A stretch of DNA of 64,000 nt, taken from NCBI GenBank assembly GCA_027492035.1, contig JAOZFT010000004.1:576001-640000 (forward strand). The letters run 5' to 3'. The position numbers and the translations under genes were made by a program. Every line of letters begins with the position of its first letter. The stretch's first letter is position 1. The notes under the pieces are model-generated. The model saw only the letters and a list, made by a program, of their open reading frames with translations. It searched no databases and had not been told where the DNA came from. Source of the stretch: Thermoproteota archaeon (GTDB lineage Archaea; Korarchaeota; JAOZGF01; JAOZFZ01). Shown here one piece after another: positions 29,455-39,409 of the stretch.

Positions 29455-29760
29455 CTACAACAGCCTCGTTAAGGGTGTAATGATTGCGAGTATCTTAAAA
29501 CTTGTTCCAACCATCCATTGCAAACGCTCTAAACATTTATCTACATAATGTACCAGCTCTTCTCTTAATTTGTTTATTTCTTCTTTTGTTTCTTTTCTCA
29601 GTTTGTTTGCATCCTCTTTGGTGGCGATACTCTCTAAAGCTGTTTTGGTCATAACTGATTGCATTTCAGGGTCCTTCGCTATTTCAACAGCTAAACTTTT
29701 TAAAGTCCATTTATCCCTCTTAATTCCTTCAACTATCTCTTCAGCAGATAAATTAGACAA
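29455..29760 (-). CDS. Small coiled-coil protein with C-terminal hydrophobic end (paREP/CCDC90-like; possibly degenerate)
   Basis: LAVEIAKDPE...IATKED...LREEL heptads, then WMVG...ILAII. Confidence 0.5.
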   Translation of the reverse strand: MSNLSAEEIVEGIKRDKWTLKSLAVEIAKDPEMQSVMTKTALESIATKEDANKLRKETKEEINKLREELVHYVDKCLERLQWMVGTSFKILAIITPLTRLL

Positions 29761-30133
29761 ATTAAGCCGCCGAAACTTTTAAAGAAAACATTTTCACTTA
29801 AACACCCAACTCATTTTTTAAAAATTTTTACTTATTTCTATGTTAAGAATCAAGGGTTTAACTGGTGTCATCTGCTGAATCAGAATCGAAAATGATACTT
29901 TCTTTTATCTTGCTAAGCCTATTCGTTTACTGTCCTTGTTTCTTTCTCACATATCTATCTCCAGCTCTTATGAAAATAAAAAACAATCAATGGCCCTGTG
30001 CAGTGTTTAGTGGAAATTAAATAAATGCTTTTTGTACAAGTTATTCCTTAAAACTTTTCTTCTCCTCTGAAGTTAAGAAAATGTGTTTTTCCTTGTTTAT
30101 TTTGTCTTTTAAGTGCTCTAAAAGAGTTTGCTT

Positions 30134-31003
30134 CTATGAAATTATATTTAGGGCTTTGTACATGTTTCTATAGCTTTTCTTCAATTCTTCATTGCTCATT
30201 TTGTTTTTCACTTTATTTATTTCCTTTATTGCTTTTCCTTGGTTAAAAACCAGTTTTTTCACCAGATTTATTTTGTTTTCTATTTCCTCAATGTACTCTG
30301 TTAAATTTTTGTTTTCTGTTTGTAAAGTTAGGATTAGTGAAGGATTTTGGCTCAGTATTGCTTTCATCCAGAGGAGTAGAACTTTGAAGGTAGGCCCTGA
30401 AACCCCCTCTATTTCTTTTAAGTTTCTGTTTTCCAACATAAATGCCAAAACAAGACTTAAAAAATAGTTTAATGAAATGGTTAAACCCATTAATTCTTCA
30501 TGTTTTCTTAAATCCAAAGTAATGAATTTACATTCATTAAATATCTCTTTTGCTTTGTCAAGTTCCTTTTCCTTGTCTTTCACAGGTACTAAAACAATTT
30601 TTTCCTGGTTTATTTCCTTTACTCCTGGCCCGAAAAGCGGATGAAGAGAAATAACTTGCACGTTCCTTTTTCCAATTTTTTCCAGTGCTTGGAAAACTTT
30701 TTCCTTCAACGAAGTTATCTCTACTATTGTCTTTATTTTTCCAGTCTTTAAGGTGGTTTCGTTAAAAATTTTGTTCAGTATTTTTGGGGTTTCTGGTATT
30801 GGTAGAGAAAGGAAAACAATATCAGCGTTTTCTACTGCTTTCTTAAATGATTCTTCAAACTCTACTCCAAGCATTGAAGCTACTTTCTTTCCTTTCTCTT
30901 TATTTATATCATTAATCAAAACTTGGAACTTTTTATTTTTGAAATATTGGGTAAAAACTTGACCCATTGACCCCGCTCCACCTATAACTGCGATCTTAAC
31001 CAT
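30134..31003 (-). CDS. tyrA: Prephenate dehydrogenase
   Basis: IGGAGSMG Rossmann motif, EITSLK, HPLFGP. Confidence 0.9.
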   Translation of the reverse strand: MVKIAVIGGAGSMGQVFTQYFKNKKFQVLINDINKEKGKKVASMLGVEFEESFKKAVENADIVFLSLPIPETPKILNKIFNETTLKTGKIKTIVEITSLKEKVFQALEKIGKRNVQVISLHPLFGPGVKEINQEKIVLVPVKDKEKELDKAKEIFNECKFITLDLRKHEELMGLTISLNYFLSLVLAFMLENRNLKEIEGVSGPTFKVLLLWMKAILSQNPSLILTLQTENKNLTEYIEEIENKINLVKKLVFNQGKAIKEINKVKNKMSNEELKKSYRNMYKALNIIS

Positions 31004-31354
31004 TTTTTACACATCCTTAAACTCTACCTGGCCTCCCCTCAGTTTTTAATGCCCCCTTTCAACAACAGTTCATGAAAAACAGTTTATTTCTGTTGCATTT
31101 AATTATTAACCATTTTATAAAGAAGGAGGTCCTTTTTCAATTTTTTAAGGGTTAGAACGGTTATAACCCTTTCTTCTTCACTAAAAATTAAGTAATAAGT
31201 AAATTTGCTTAAAACCTTGAAAAAAGTGTTGAGTCCTTTGGAGTTGCAGCATTATCTCACATGCAGTTTCACTTACAGTTAAGGGCTTTAAATTGATTTT
31301 TAGGAGCCTGGGAGACTTAAAATCTTTTGAACTAAATGTAGAACCTCTTTACTT

Positions 31355-31798
31355 TTAAGGTATAACTACTGATTTAGGATAGTCTTTCCCTGAAGCAGTG
31401 TGAACAGTTACTTCATATGTTATCCCTGACTGCCAGCTTCCGGATGTAATGCTGGAAGGAGGACCAGATATTGTTATTTGCTGCCCACCACCAACAGCAA
31501 CTGTGAAAGGAAGAGTAGGAGATGACACTTTACTATTATCTGGTATACCATTCACGAAAACATCAGTAATTGTTACATCTGTTGAACCTGTGTTATTAAC
31601 AATAACCTGTACATCAGTGCCGTCATAATATATAGCAGTTATTTCTAACTTTTCATACCTGGTAAATGTCCCAACCAAACCTGTTGCCCATAACGCCACT
31701 GCTATGGCTATAGCTATTGATACAGCGACGATTATAACTGTTGCTACAACAGGATGAATGCCTTCCCTATCTCCTATAAATAAAAGTTTCCTTCTCAT
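31355..31798 (-). CDS. Archaeal type IV pilin, paralogue of 10139-10573
   Basis: REG/IHPVVATVIIVAVSIAIAIAVALWATGLVGTFTRYEKLE and HTASGKDYPKSV. Confidence 0.9.
   Translation of the reverse strand: MRRKLLFIGDREGIHPVVATVIIVAVSIAIAIAVALWATGLVGTFTRYEKLEITAIYYDGTDVQVIVNNTGSTDVTITDVFVNGIPDNSKVSSPTLPFTVAVGGGQQITISGPPSSITSGSWQSGITYEVTVHTASGKDYPKSVVIP
31680..31719 (-). repeat. 40-bp perfect repeat, copy 2 (inverted relative to 10221-10260)
   Basis: Reverse complement is identical to 10221-10260. Confidence 0.95.
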
Positions 31799-32038
31799 TT
31801 TTCAATTCTCCACTTTCCCATCTTACTCTTTAAATACGCATTTCTTCTATTAAAAAGGTTTTGTTTGTGTTAAGGAGCAAGGGGTTTTAAGGGGCATTTC
31901 TTTCCTCAAAAATGAAGTAGGAAAGGAATAATGAAAGTACTATATAAAGAATTTTTTGGATCTACTAAAAAAGGAAAGACATGGATTATTAACTAAGTAA
32001 AGTACTTCTTTGTCTTTATACACGGAATTTTTTCTCCT

Positions 32039-33478
32039 TTAATTGGTTATGGAGTTCAAAGCTTCACAGAATTCTTTTAAACCTAGAAATAAATCTTCCT
32101 TTCTAGTTGAAACGTTGATTCTTATGAATTCGGTGTATTTTTGGCCGAACGCTGTACCAGGGGCGACGGCAACTCTCTTCTTTTCAAGTAACTTTTCAGC
32201 GAAATCTAAACTATTAAACTTGTCTTTTAAAACTTTAATGAAGAAGTAAAGCCCGCCTTCAGGCTTCATGTACTTCACTGGTTGATTCTTCAATAATTTA
32301 TCAGTTAATGAAACATTTCCTTTCATGAACTCCTTGTATTTCTTTTCCTTTTCTGTTTCCAAAACAGCTAAACCTGCTTTTTGGATAAATGGAGGTACAC
32401 AAGTTACTGTTAAGGAAATAAGCGAAGAAATTTTGTCAATGATCTCCTTCTTTCCAATGGCGTAACCTAATCTAAAACCGGTCATTCCATAAGTTTTAGA
32501 GAAGGAGTCAACATAAATTGTGTTTTCGTAATTGTATTCCAAAACTGTTTTGAAAGGTTTAAAAGTTAATTTTGAGTATGTTTCATCAGCTAAAACCAGT
32601 AACTTTTTCTCTTCAGCTAACTGAACTATTTCCTCAAGTTCTTTTTCCCCATAAATTTTCCCTGTAGGGTTGCAAGGGTTATTAATAATTATCATTTTGG
32701 TGTTTTCATCGATTTCTTCTTTAAGTTTCTCCGAATCTATCCTCCATCCTTTCTCAAGCTCTGTATTTATTTCCCCAATTAATCCTTTTGCTTTCATTGT
32801 TAAGCTTCCATAAACAGGCCATGAAGGATTAAAGATTATTACCTTCTCCCCAGGTTTAATGTTGGTTGTTATTGATGCATAAATACCAAATTTGCCTCCA
32901 GGAGTTAAAACTATATTTTCATTTGCGAAGTCTAAACTGTTTTCCTCATTCACTTTCTCAATTATTGCTTTCTTAACTTCTTCTAAACCCGTAGGTGAGG
33001 AATAACTCATGTTTTTTTTGGTTAATGAGTCTTTTAAGGCATTAATTGCTTCTTCAGGTGGGCCGTAACAGGGTTCACCTACTTCTAGATGCACAACTTT
33101 TTTTCCAAGTGTTTCAAGCTCTTTAGCCTTTATGAATAAATTATAAAAAGCCTTACTTCTTTCTTCTGCCTTAAACCCTTGAATTCTCCTTGATTCATTA
33201 ATTACTATACCTAATACTGTTAAAATATACTCTTTCTCTTTCCTGCTCATTTCTAACTTTTCAAGAACTCCCTTTATTAATTCATTTTCCCTTTTAACAT
33301 CTAAAACAGGTAAGTTTCTTTCCTTTTTTAGTTTCCCCACTTCCTCAACCAACTTTAGCCTCTTCAGTAAAAGAGCTGCTGTACTTAAGGTAACGTCATC
33401 TATTTCCTGTCTCCTTTTCTTTATTTCTGCATAGCTTCTGTTCAGGTTCAATTTTTCTCCTTTGGTTTTAGAGGACAT
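32039..33478 (-). CDS. Chorismate mutase (AroQ) fused to class I/II PLP aminotransferase
   Basis: N-terminal RQEIDD...KRLKLVEEVGKLK...DVKRE; HLEVGEP, NNPCNPTG, DETY, SFSKTYGMTGFRLG. Confidence 0.88.
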   Translation of the reverse strand: MSSKTKGEKLNLNRSYAEIKKRRQEIDDVTLSTAALLLKRLKLVEEVGKLKKERNLPVLDVKRENELIKGVLEKLEMSRKEKEYILTVLGIVINESRRIQGFKAEERSKAFYNLFIKAKELETLGKKVVHLEVGEPCYGPPEEAINALKDSLTKKNMSYSSPTGLEEVKKAIIEKVNEENSLDFANENIVLTPGGKFGIYASITTNIKPGEKVIIFNPSWPVYGSLTMKAKGLIGEINTELEKGWRIDSEKLKEEIDENTKMIIINNPCNPTGKIYGEKELEEIVQLAEEKKLLVLADETYSKLTFKPFKTVLEYNYENTIYVDSFSKTYGMTGFRLGYAIGKKEIIDKISSLISLTVTCVPPFIQKAGLAVLETEKEKKYKEFMKGNVSLTDKLLKNQPVKYMKPEGGLYFFIKVLKDKFNSLDFAEKLLEKKRVAVAPGTAFGQKYTEFIRINVSTRKEDLFLGLKEFCEALNSITN

Positions 33479-34562
33479 TTTTTAAGACCCCTGCCTTCAA
33501 ACAATTATCTACTATAACCAAGTTTGTTATGCTTTCAACTACAGGTACAGCTCTAGGGACTATGCAAGGATCATGTCTTCCCCTCAGAACCATTATTTCC
33601 TCCTTCATCTCCTTTAAATTAACTGTATTTTGGGGTTTGCTTATTGAGGGGGTGGGTTTAAAGAATACCTTAAATGTTAAAGGCATTCCTGTACTTAAAC
33701 CTCCAAGGACGCCTCCTGCATTATTTGTCAAAGTAACTATTTTTCCCTTTCTCAAAACGTATTGGTCATTATTTTCTGAACCCTTCATTTCTGAAACTTT
33801 AAATCCTGCTCCAAACTCTACAGCTTTAACTGCAGGTATGGAAAAGAATCCCTTACTAAGTTCAGACTCTAAAGATTGGAAAACAGGTTCACCTAATCCC
33901 ACAGGTAAACCGTAAACGATTCCAGCCACAACTCCTCCCAGGCTGTCTCCCTCTTTCTTTGCTTCAATAATTGCCCTTTTCATTTTTTCAGCTGTTTCGG
34001 ATTCTGGGCATCTAACAGGGTTTGAGTACCTTTTTTCACTTATTTCTTCTCTGCTTAACTTCTTAACCCTTATTTTTCCTACTTGGTAAGTGTAGGTTAA
34101 GGTCTCTATTCCTAGTTCCTCCTTAAGTATTTTTTTAGCTATTGCTCCAGCCATGACGAAAGAAGCTGTAATTCTTCCTGAAAACCTTCCTCCCCCCCTG
34201 TAATCATTGTATCCTCGATATTTCACTCTTGCAGGGTAGTCTGCATGTCCAGGCCGTGGTAAATCTTTTATTTCCATGTAGGGCCTAGAGTCCATCTTTC
34301 TGTTTTTTATAATCATTGCAATAGGCGCCCCGGTTGTGTAACCTCTGAAAACGCCTGAAAGGATTTCCACTTTATCTTTTTCAAACCTTGTAGTGGTTAT
34401 TTCTGGATAAAACGGCTTTCTTAAGTCTAACTCCTTCTGAATATCCTTTTCATTTAGTTTCAAACCTGCTGGGCACCCATCAATCACAACCCCAACTACT
34501 TTGCCATGGCTTTCTCCAAAACTTAAGATTTTAAATCTGTCCCCGAAAATGTTTCCAGTCAA
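33468..34562 (-). CDS. aroC: Chorismate synthase
   Basis: FGESHG, PRPGHAD, RGGGRFSGR, GRHDPC. Confidence 0.97.
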   Translation of the reverse strand: MTGNIFGDRFKILSFGESHGKVVGVVIDGCPAGLKLNEKDIQKELDLRKPFYPEITTTRFEKDKVEILSGVFRGYTTGAPIAMIIKNRKMDSRPYMEIKDLPRPGHADYPARVKYRGYNDYRGGGRFSGRITASFVMAGAIAKKILKEELGIETLTYTYQVGKIRVKKLSREEISEKRYSNPVRCPESETAEKMKRAIIEAKKEGDSLGGVVAGIVYGLPVGLGEPVFQSLESELSKGFFSIPAVKAVEFGAGFKVSEMKGSENNDQYVLRKGKIVTLTNNAGGVLGGLSTGMPLTFKVFFKPTPSISKPQNTVNLKEMKEEIMVLRGRHDPCIVPRAVPVVESITNLVIVDNCLKAGVLKNVL

Positions 34563-34584
34563 AAATTTAACCTCTCCAAACTTT

Positions 34585-35874
34585 TTAACTGTTTAAATCA
34601 ATTATTTTCGCTCCTAACCTTCTCATTTCATTCAAAAAACCAGGATATGAAACATCAACGCTTTCTTTTCCCTTAATAATGCTTCCACTCTCTAAGCCTA
34701 TAGCTAATGAAGTGAAGGCCATAAACAGTCTGTGGTCGTTGTAGCTCTCAAAGACTCCTCCTTTTAATTTCTCTTTCCCCTTTATTACTAAACCATCTCT
34801 CTTCTCACTTATTTCCACACCTAACTTTGCTAACTCGGTCGCTAAGCAATGTATCCTATCTGACTCTTTTTTTCTGGCGTGTTCAACTCCTTCAATAATT
34901 GTTTCCTTCTTGGTTTTAGTAGCTACAACCGCTAAAACAGGCAGTAAATCCGGCGTGTCTTCTAAATTGAATTTTCCACCTTCTATTTCGCCAGCTTCAA
35001 AAAACAATTCGTTTCTTTTAACCTTTATGTTCTGCCCCATTTCTTTAAGGTACTCAATTATTTTCATGTCGCCTTGTGGCTCTGTGAAACTTAGTTTCCT
35101 CACTACTAAATTCGACTTTGAAACAGCTGCAGCCGCTAAGAAAAAAGAAATTGAACTGAAGTCTCCAGGAATTCTGAATTTTAAACCTTTTATTTCACTT
35201 TTAGGCTCCACCATAAACTCCTTAAATCCTTCATTTTCAACTTTTACACCGTACTTTCCTAAAACATTTAAGGTCATTTCTATGTATGGTTTAGAGACTA
35301 TTCTGTCCTTAACCAATATTCTCGTTTCTTCACTTGCCTTCACTGAAGAAATTAATAAAGCTGAAATAAATTGGGAAGATGTTCCTCCAGTAATTTCTGT
35401 TTCACCACCTGTAATTCCTCCTCCACTGACTATTACCGGTGGGAAACCATTAAGTCTAGTTGACCATGCTTCCACACCTAAATCTTTGAGTGATTTAAGA
35501 AGAGGACCCATGGGTCTCTTTCTTAAACTTTCATCACCTGTTAAGACACTGTATCCCTTTCTCACTAAACCTGAAATAGCTGTTAAGAAACGAATGGTTG
35601 TACCTGAATTTCCAGCATTTATCACATCTTCAGGGGTCTCTGGTAAACCTATCCCCTCCACTACCAACTTCCTTCTTGTTCTTTTAACTTCAGCACCTAA
35701 CTTCTCAACTCCTTCAATTGTTGCTTTAGTATCTTTTGAAAACAAAGGGTTAATTATTGTATTTCTTCCGGTAGTTAACAGCGAAACAACTACTGCTCGG
35801 TGGGTATAACTTTTACTTGGGGGGGCTTCAACTTTTCCCCTTATCTTCGTTGGGTAAACCTTGATTGAAGACAT
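34585..35874 (-). CDS. aroA: 3-phosphoshikimate 1-carboxyvinyltransferase
   Basis: PPSKSYTHR, GNSGTT, SSQFISALL, KESDRI, DHR. Confidence 0.97.
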   Translation of the reverse strand: MSSIKVYPTKIRGKVEAPPSKSYTHRAVVVSLLTTGRNTIINPLFSKDTKATIEGVEKLGAEVKRTRRKLVVEGIGLPETPEDVINAGNSGTTIRFLTAISGLVRKGYSVLTGDESLRKRPMGPLLKSLKDLGVEAWSTRLNGFPPVIVSGGGITGGETEITGGTSSQFISALLISSVKASEETRILVKDRIVSKPYIEMTLNVLGKYGVKVENEGFKEFMVEPKSEIKGLKFRIPGDFSSISFFLAAAAVSKSNLVVRKLSFTEPQGDMKIIEYLKEMGQNIKVKRNELFFEAGEIEGGKFNLEDTPDLLPVLAVVATKTKKETIIEGVEHARKKESDRIHCLATELAKLGVEISEKRDGLVIKGKEKLKGGVFESYNDHRLFMAFTSLAIGLESGSIIKGKESVDVSYPGFLNEMRRLGAKIIDLNS

Positions 35875-35882
35875 TTTTTAGT

Positions 35883-36755
35883 TCACCACTTCCCTGCTTT
35901 ATTTTTTGAATTAACTTCTGTAACAATCAATTCCCCTTTGAATTCTCTCCATCTCTCAATAATCTCTCTACAGGTCTCTTTCTCACAAATAGCAAACATG
36001 GAAGGGCCTGTACCTGAAACTCCTGCTGTCAATGCACCTGTTTCTACGGCTTCAATTAAAGGAGCTGTTTCCAAGTTTAACACTGCGGAAATAAGTAATC
36101 CGTTCAAGAAAGAAGCTTCCCAATACTTTCCTTTCAAAGCTAAATTGAAAGCCTCCTCTGACAAGGAACTGAGCTTCTCCATCTTTTTCACGTTCACCTT
36201 AATTGTGTAAACCTTCTTTTTAGGTACTAATATCACAACCTTAAACTCCCTTAACTCCTCTCTCCTAATTAGTTTCTTCTTTAAGTTGTCTGTGAAAACT
36301 ATTCCTCCGAAAAAGGAGGCGGATGCGTCATCTAAAGCCCCTGTAACTGAAACTTTAGCTTTTAAAGATGCCTCAACTCCTAACTTAACAGCTTCCAAGT
36401 CCTTTATTTTCCTTTTTAGGGCGTAAGCTGTAGCCAATACTGTAGCGTTAGCTGCAGCGCTTGAACTTTTCAACCCTCTTGCTATAGGTATTTCTGAAAA
36501 AGTTTTCACGCGGGCCCCATACTCGGTAGCTTTAAAATATCTCAAAGTTGCCTTTACCGCTTCCTTAACCAGTTCAGGGTTTTCTTGTGGATTGTTTAGG
36601 ATTTCAACAATTACTTCCTCCTCTCCTTCAACAAGTTCCACTTCAGCCTTTGTTTCTAGTTTCACACCTATAGCCACTCCCTTCTTGGCAGGTATGGCAT
36701 TCACCACTGTTACAGCTCCAAAAGCTCTGGCTCTACCTTTCAAATCCTTTTTCAA
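35883..36755 (-). CDS. aroK: Archaeal shikimate kinase (GHMP family)
   Basis: GAVTVVNAI, PIARGLKSSSAAANA, TGALDDA, SGTGP. Confidence 0.93.
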   Translation of the reverse strand: MKKDLKGRARAFGAVTVVNAIPAKKGVAIGVKLETKAEVELVEGEEEVIVEILNNPQENPELVKEAVKATLRYFKATEYGARVKTFSEIPIARGLKSSSAAANATVLATAYALKRKIKDLEAVKLGVEASLKAKVSVTGALDDASASFFGGIVFTDNLKKKLIRREELREFKVVILVPKKKVYTIKVNVKKMEKLSSLSEEAFNLALKGKYWEASFLNGLLISAVLNLETAPLIEAVETGALTAGVSGTGPSMFAICEKETCREIIERWREFKGELIVTEVNSKNKAGKW

Positions 36756-37623
36756 GTGTTTTCACCACGGCTTCTTTCATTTTCTTTAAAGGGGGTTTTT
36801 TTCCAGTCCATATTTTGAAAGAAGCTGCACCTTGCCCAACCAACATGTCTAATCCGTTTATTACTTCAGCCCCTTTTTCTTCAGCTAAGTGGAGAGTTTT
36901 AGTCTTTAATGGATTGTATATTACATCGAAAACTGTGTGGTATGGTTGAAAAAGATTTTTCGGGATCAATGATTCTTCAGTGTTTGGGTACATGCCTACA
37001 GGTGTAGCGTTAACAATTAAATCAGATTTAGGGATTGCTTTTTTGAGTGAGTTCATGTTTAGTTTTTCAGCTTCCAAAACAGTTTCTCCCCCTTTTAGTT
37101 TATTGAAGAACTTAATAAGTTCTTTCGCTCTTTCAACTGTTCTGTTAAGCACAATTATTTTTTCAACATTTTCTTTGATCAAGAAATAAATTACTGCTTT
37201 TGCAGCTCCTCCAGCCCCCAAAACAACAGCCCTTTTATTCTTCACTTTAATTTTACGCTTTCTAAAAGTGGCTTCCACGCCTTCAACATCTGTGTTGAAA
37301 CCTATTAACTCACCATTCCTGTTCAGTACAGTGTTCACTGCTTTCATTTGTTGTGCCGATTCATCTAAGTCATCAAGGTAACGCATAATTTCTTCCTTGT
37401 AAGGTATTGTTACGTTAAATCCCCCAACTCCCAACCCCCTTAATCCCTCCACAACCTTTCTAAGCATGATCCTTTCAATATTGAACGCTAAATATACTCT
37501 GTTCATTTTCAACTCTTTGAAAGCTTCATTTTGCATTAGAGGGGAGAGGGAGTGGTTAACAGGTAACCCTATTAAACAATAAAGTGTAGGTGGCCTATTA
37601 CTCTGTTCTACTGGCCAGAACAT
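36733..37623 (-). CDS. aroE: Shikimate dehydrogenase
   Basis: HSLSP, NVTIPYK, AVNT, NTD, GAGGAA, NRT, ML...QG. Confidence 0.96.
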   Translation of the reverse strand: MFWPVEQSNRPPTLYCLIGLPVNHSLSPLMQNEAFKELKMNRVYLAFNIERIMLRKVVEGLRGLGVGGFNVTIPYKEEIMRYLDDLDESAQQMKAVNTVLNRNGELIGFNTDVEGVEATFRKRKIKVKNKRAVVLGAGGAAKAVIYFLIKENVEKIIVLNRTVERAKELIKFFNKLKGGETVLEAEKLNMNSLKKAIPKSDLIVNATPVGMYPNTEESLIPKNLFQPYHTVFDVIYNPLKTKTLHLAEEKGAEVINGLDMLVGQGAASFKIWTGKKPPLKKMKEAVVKTLEKGFER

Positions 37624-38305
37624 TTAGAAAACCTCTTAACTCATTGATGGAGGGCTGTCCAGGAGCTGCTTTTTCATTCGGTAATGAGCAGTATGTGAAG
37701 GGAGCGCCTAAATAAACACCTAAAACTCTTGAAATTAAACCTAAACTGCCCATGCAGAAAGCTATTAATTTCTTCCTTTTCACCTTGTACAGGTTCAAAA
37801 TTTTCAGGTTGTCGCTTGTTTCTTTGGCAAATGTAACAATTTTCGCAATGTCCCCTTTACTTTCTGCATCTTTTAACTTTTCATTAAGTGATCCTTCTTC
37901 AGGAGTCCCTGTGAAGTCATGGTGTGAAGCAATAACCTCTACTCCTTTTTCATCCATTAAGTCTAGGAGTGAAGGATTATCTTTTATGGTTTCAATTTCT
38001 AAATCGAAGAAGTGAGGGCTAAGCTCCGTTACTTTTCTCACAATTTCTAGCCTTTCCTTTTCCTGTCCCCTAAAATAACCTCCTTCCTCCTTTCTTCTAA
38101 CTGTAAAAATAAACTTTGTCTCTTCTCCAAAATCGTGCAGTGTTTCAGCTATCTCTGAAAAGTTTTTTGATTCTTTAAAATTGAAAATGTCCCACCTAAC
38201 CTCAACGTATTTGACACGGTATTTTCCTGTTTTTGAAAGCAGAAACTTGAGCTGTCCAGTTTTTTCAGGCATTAATGTAACACAAATTTTATCTGTAAGG
38301 TTCAT
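37598..38305 (-). CDS. aroD: Type I 3-dehydroquinate dehydratase
   Basis: EVRWD, FTVRRKEEGG, IASHHDF, DIAKIV, MG...SRV, AAPGQ. Confidence 0.93.
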   Translation of the reverse strand: MNLTDKICVTLMPEKTGQLKFLLSKTGKYRVKYVEVRWDIFNFKESKNFSEIAETLHDFGEETKFIFTVRRKEEGGYFRGQEKERLEIVRKVTELSPHFFDLEIETIKDNPSLLDLMDEKGVEVIASHHDFTGTPEEGSLNEKLKDAESKGDIAKIVTFAKETSDNLKILNLYKVKRKKLIAFCMGSLGLISRVLGVYLGAPFTYCSLPNEKAAPGQPSINELRGFLNVLASRTE

Positions 38306-38317
38306 TCTTGACTTCCT

Positions 38318-39409
38318 TTATTTTTCAAGAATAAACTCTTCAACTTCCACACCGAAATGTCTAGCTTTTTTCTGAGAAAAATAAACAAGTACTTTGTCTC
38401 CCTTTCTTATTTTCTTGACTGAAACTGGGTTTCCATCTTTATTGACTAAATTTACTGTTTCAGCGTTTTGAAGAAGAATAGAGCCTGTTTCTTCCCCCGT
38501 TTTAGCTTTCAGCATTATTAATGGCCTTTTCTCTATTTTCACCCTTCCGACTACCACCTTCTCTGATTCACCCTTGAAATTAACAGTTAACACTTCATCC
38601 CCGCTTTTTAACTCAGACAGGTACTTTGTCCTGTTTTCATCCACTAAAATGTAGCTATGAATTGGTCCTGCATTAACTCTGAATGGTCTGGTTTCTACAA
38701 AGGGATTTTCAATTGTTTCGCTGTGTACAAGGAAAAGGAAATTCCCTTGGTTACCTACAAGCATTCCTTCTCCCTTGTTTAGCATTGTTACAGTGTCAAC
38801 ACATGCTCTGTCACCTAAACCTGTCTCTTTAACTTCAAAAACTTCTGCCTCCACTAATTTTAATTTTTTAACGCTTTTTATTTGTGAAAACAGGGTTTCA
38901 AGTTCACTTTTGTTTCTAATAGGCACAATCACCCCGTCAACCCCCTTCTCCAGTATAGTTAATAATGTACCTATCTTTTCTTTACCTTTCTCAACATAGA
39001 TTTTTGTTCCTTTTTTCTGTAATTTAGCGATTAAGTTTTCAATTGGAATTATTCTCCAGTTTAGCAGTTCCAGTATCACTGACTCAGCCCCCTCTTCTGC
39101 AGCCTCCACAACTTTTGCTTCCTCTTCCCCCTTCTCTATTTTTAAAGAAACAGAAAATTTCTTAACTTGCGGATCAACTTCTCTTTTGTTTCTGTAAACC
39201 ACTACGTCTGCCTTCTTTGAAGGTGAAATTATTGTGGCTCCCTCTATCCTTCTTTCTCTGATTTCTTCAATGTAGAACTTGTCCACGCCATGTTTCATGG
39301 CCTCTTCAACTATAGGGACTGTTTCCTCAGTTAAACAAGGCAGTTTAATAATTATCTTTCCAAGTTTATTCATTTTTGAAAGCCTCCAAAGCCTCCTTAA
39401 CCGATGCAT
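38318..39409 (-). CDS. aroB': 3-dehydroquinate synthase II (archaeal oxidative deaminase type)
   Basis: [47 protein letters not shown]. True start probably near 39373. Confidence 0.93.
   Translation of the reverse strand: MHRLRRLWRLSKMNKLGKIIIKLPCLTEETVPIVEEAMKHGVDKFYIEEIRERRIEGATIISPSKKADVVVYRNKREVDPQVKKFSVSLKIEKGEEEAKVVEAAEEGAESVILELLNWRIIPIENLIAKLQKKGTKIYVEKGKEKIGTLLTILEKGVDGVIVPIRNKSELETLFSQIKSVKKLKLVEAEVFEVKETGLGDRACVDTVTMLNKGEGMLVGNQGNFLFLVHSETIENPFVETRPFRVNAGPIHSYILVDENRTKYLSELKSGDEVLTVNFKGESEKVVVGRVKIEKRPLIMLKAKTGEETGSILLQNAETVNLVNKDGNPVSVKKIRKGDKVLVYFSQKKARHFGVEVEEFILEK

Noticed and set aside
34910-35809. Long antisense ORFs (299 aa here, 222 aa at 58656-59324, and many shorter ones)
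   Set aside because: Shadow frames opposite well-supported genes, with Ser/Phe/Leu-rich composition and no motifs.
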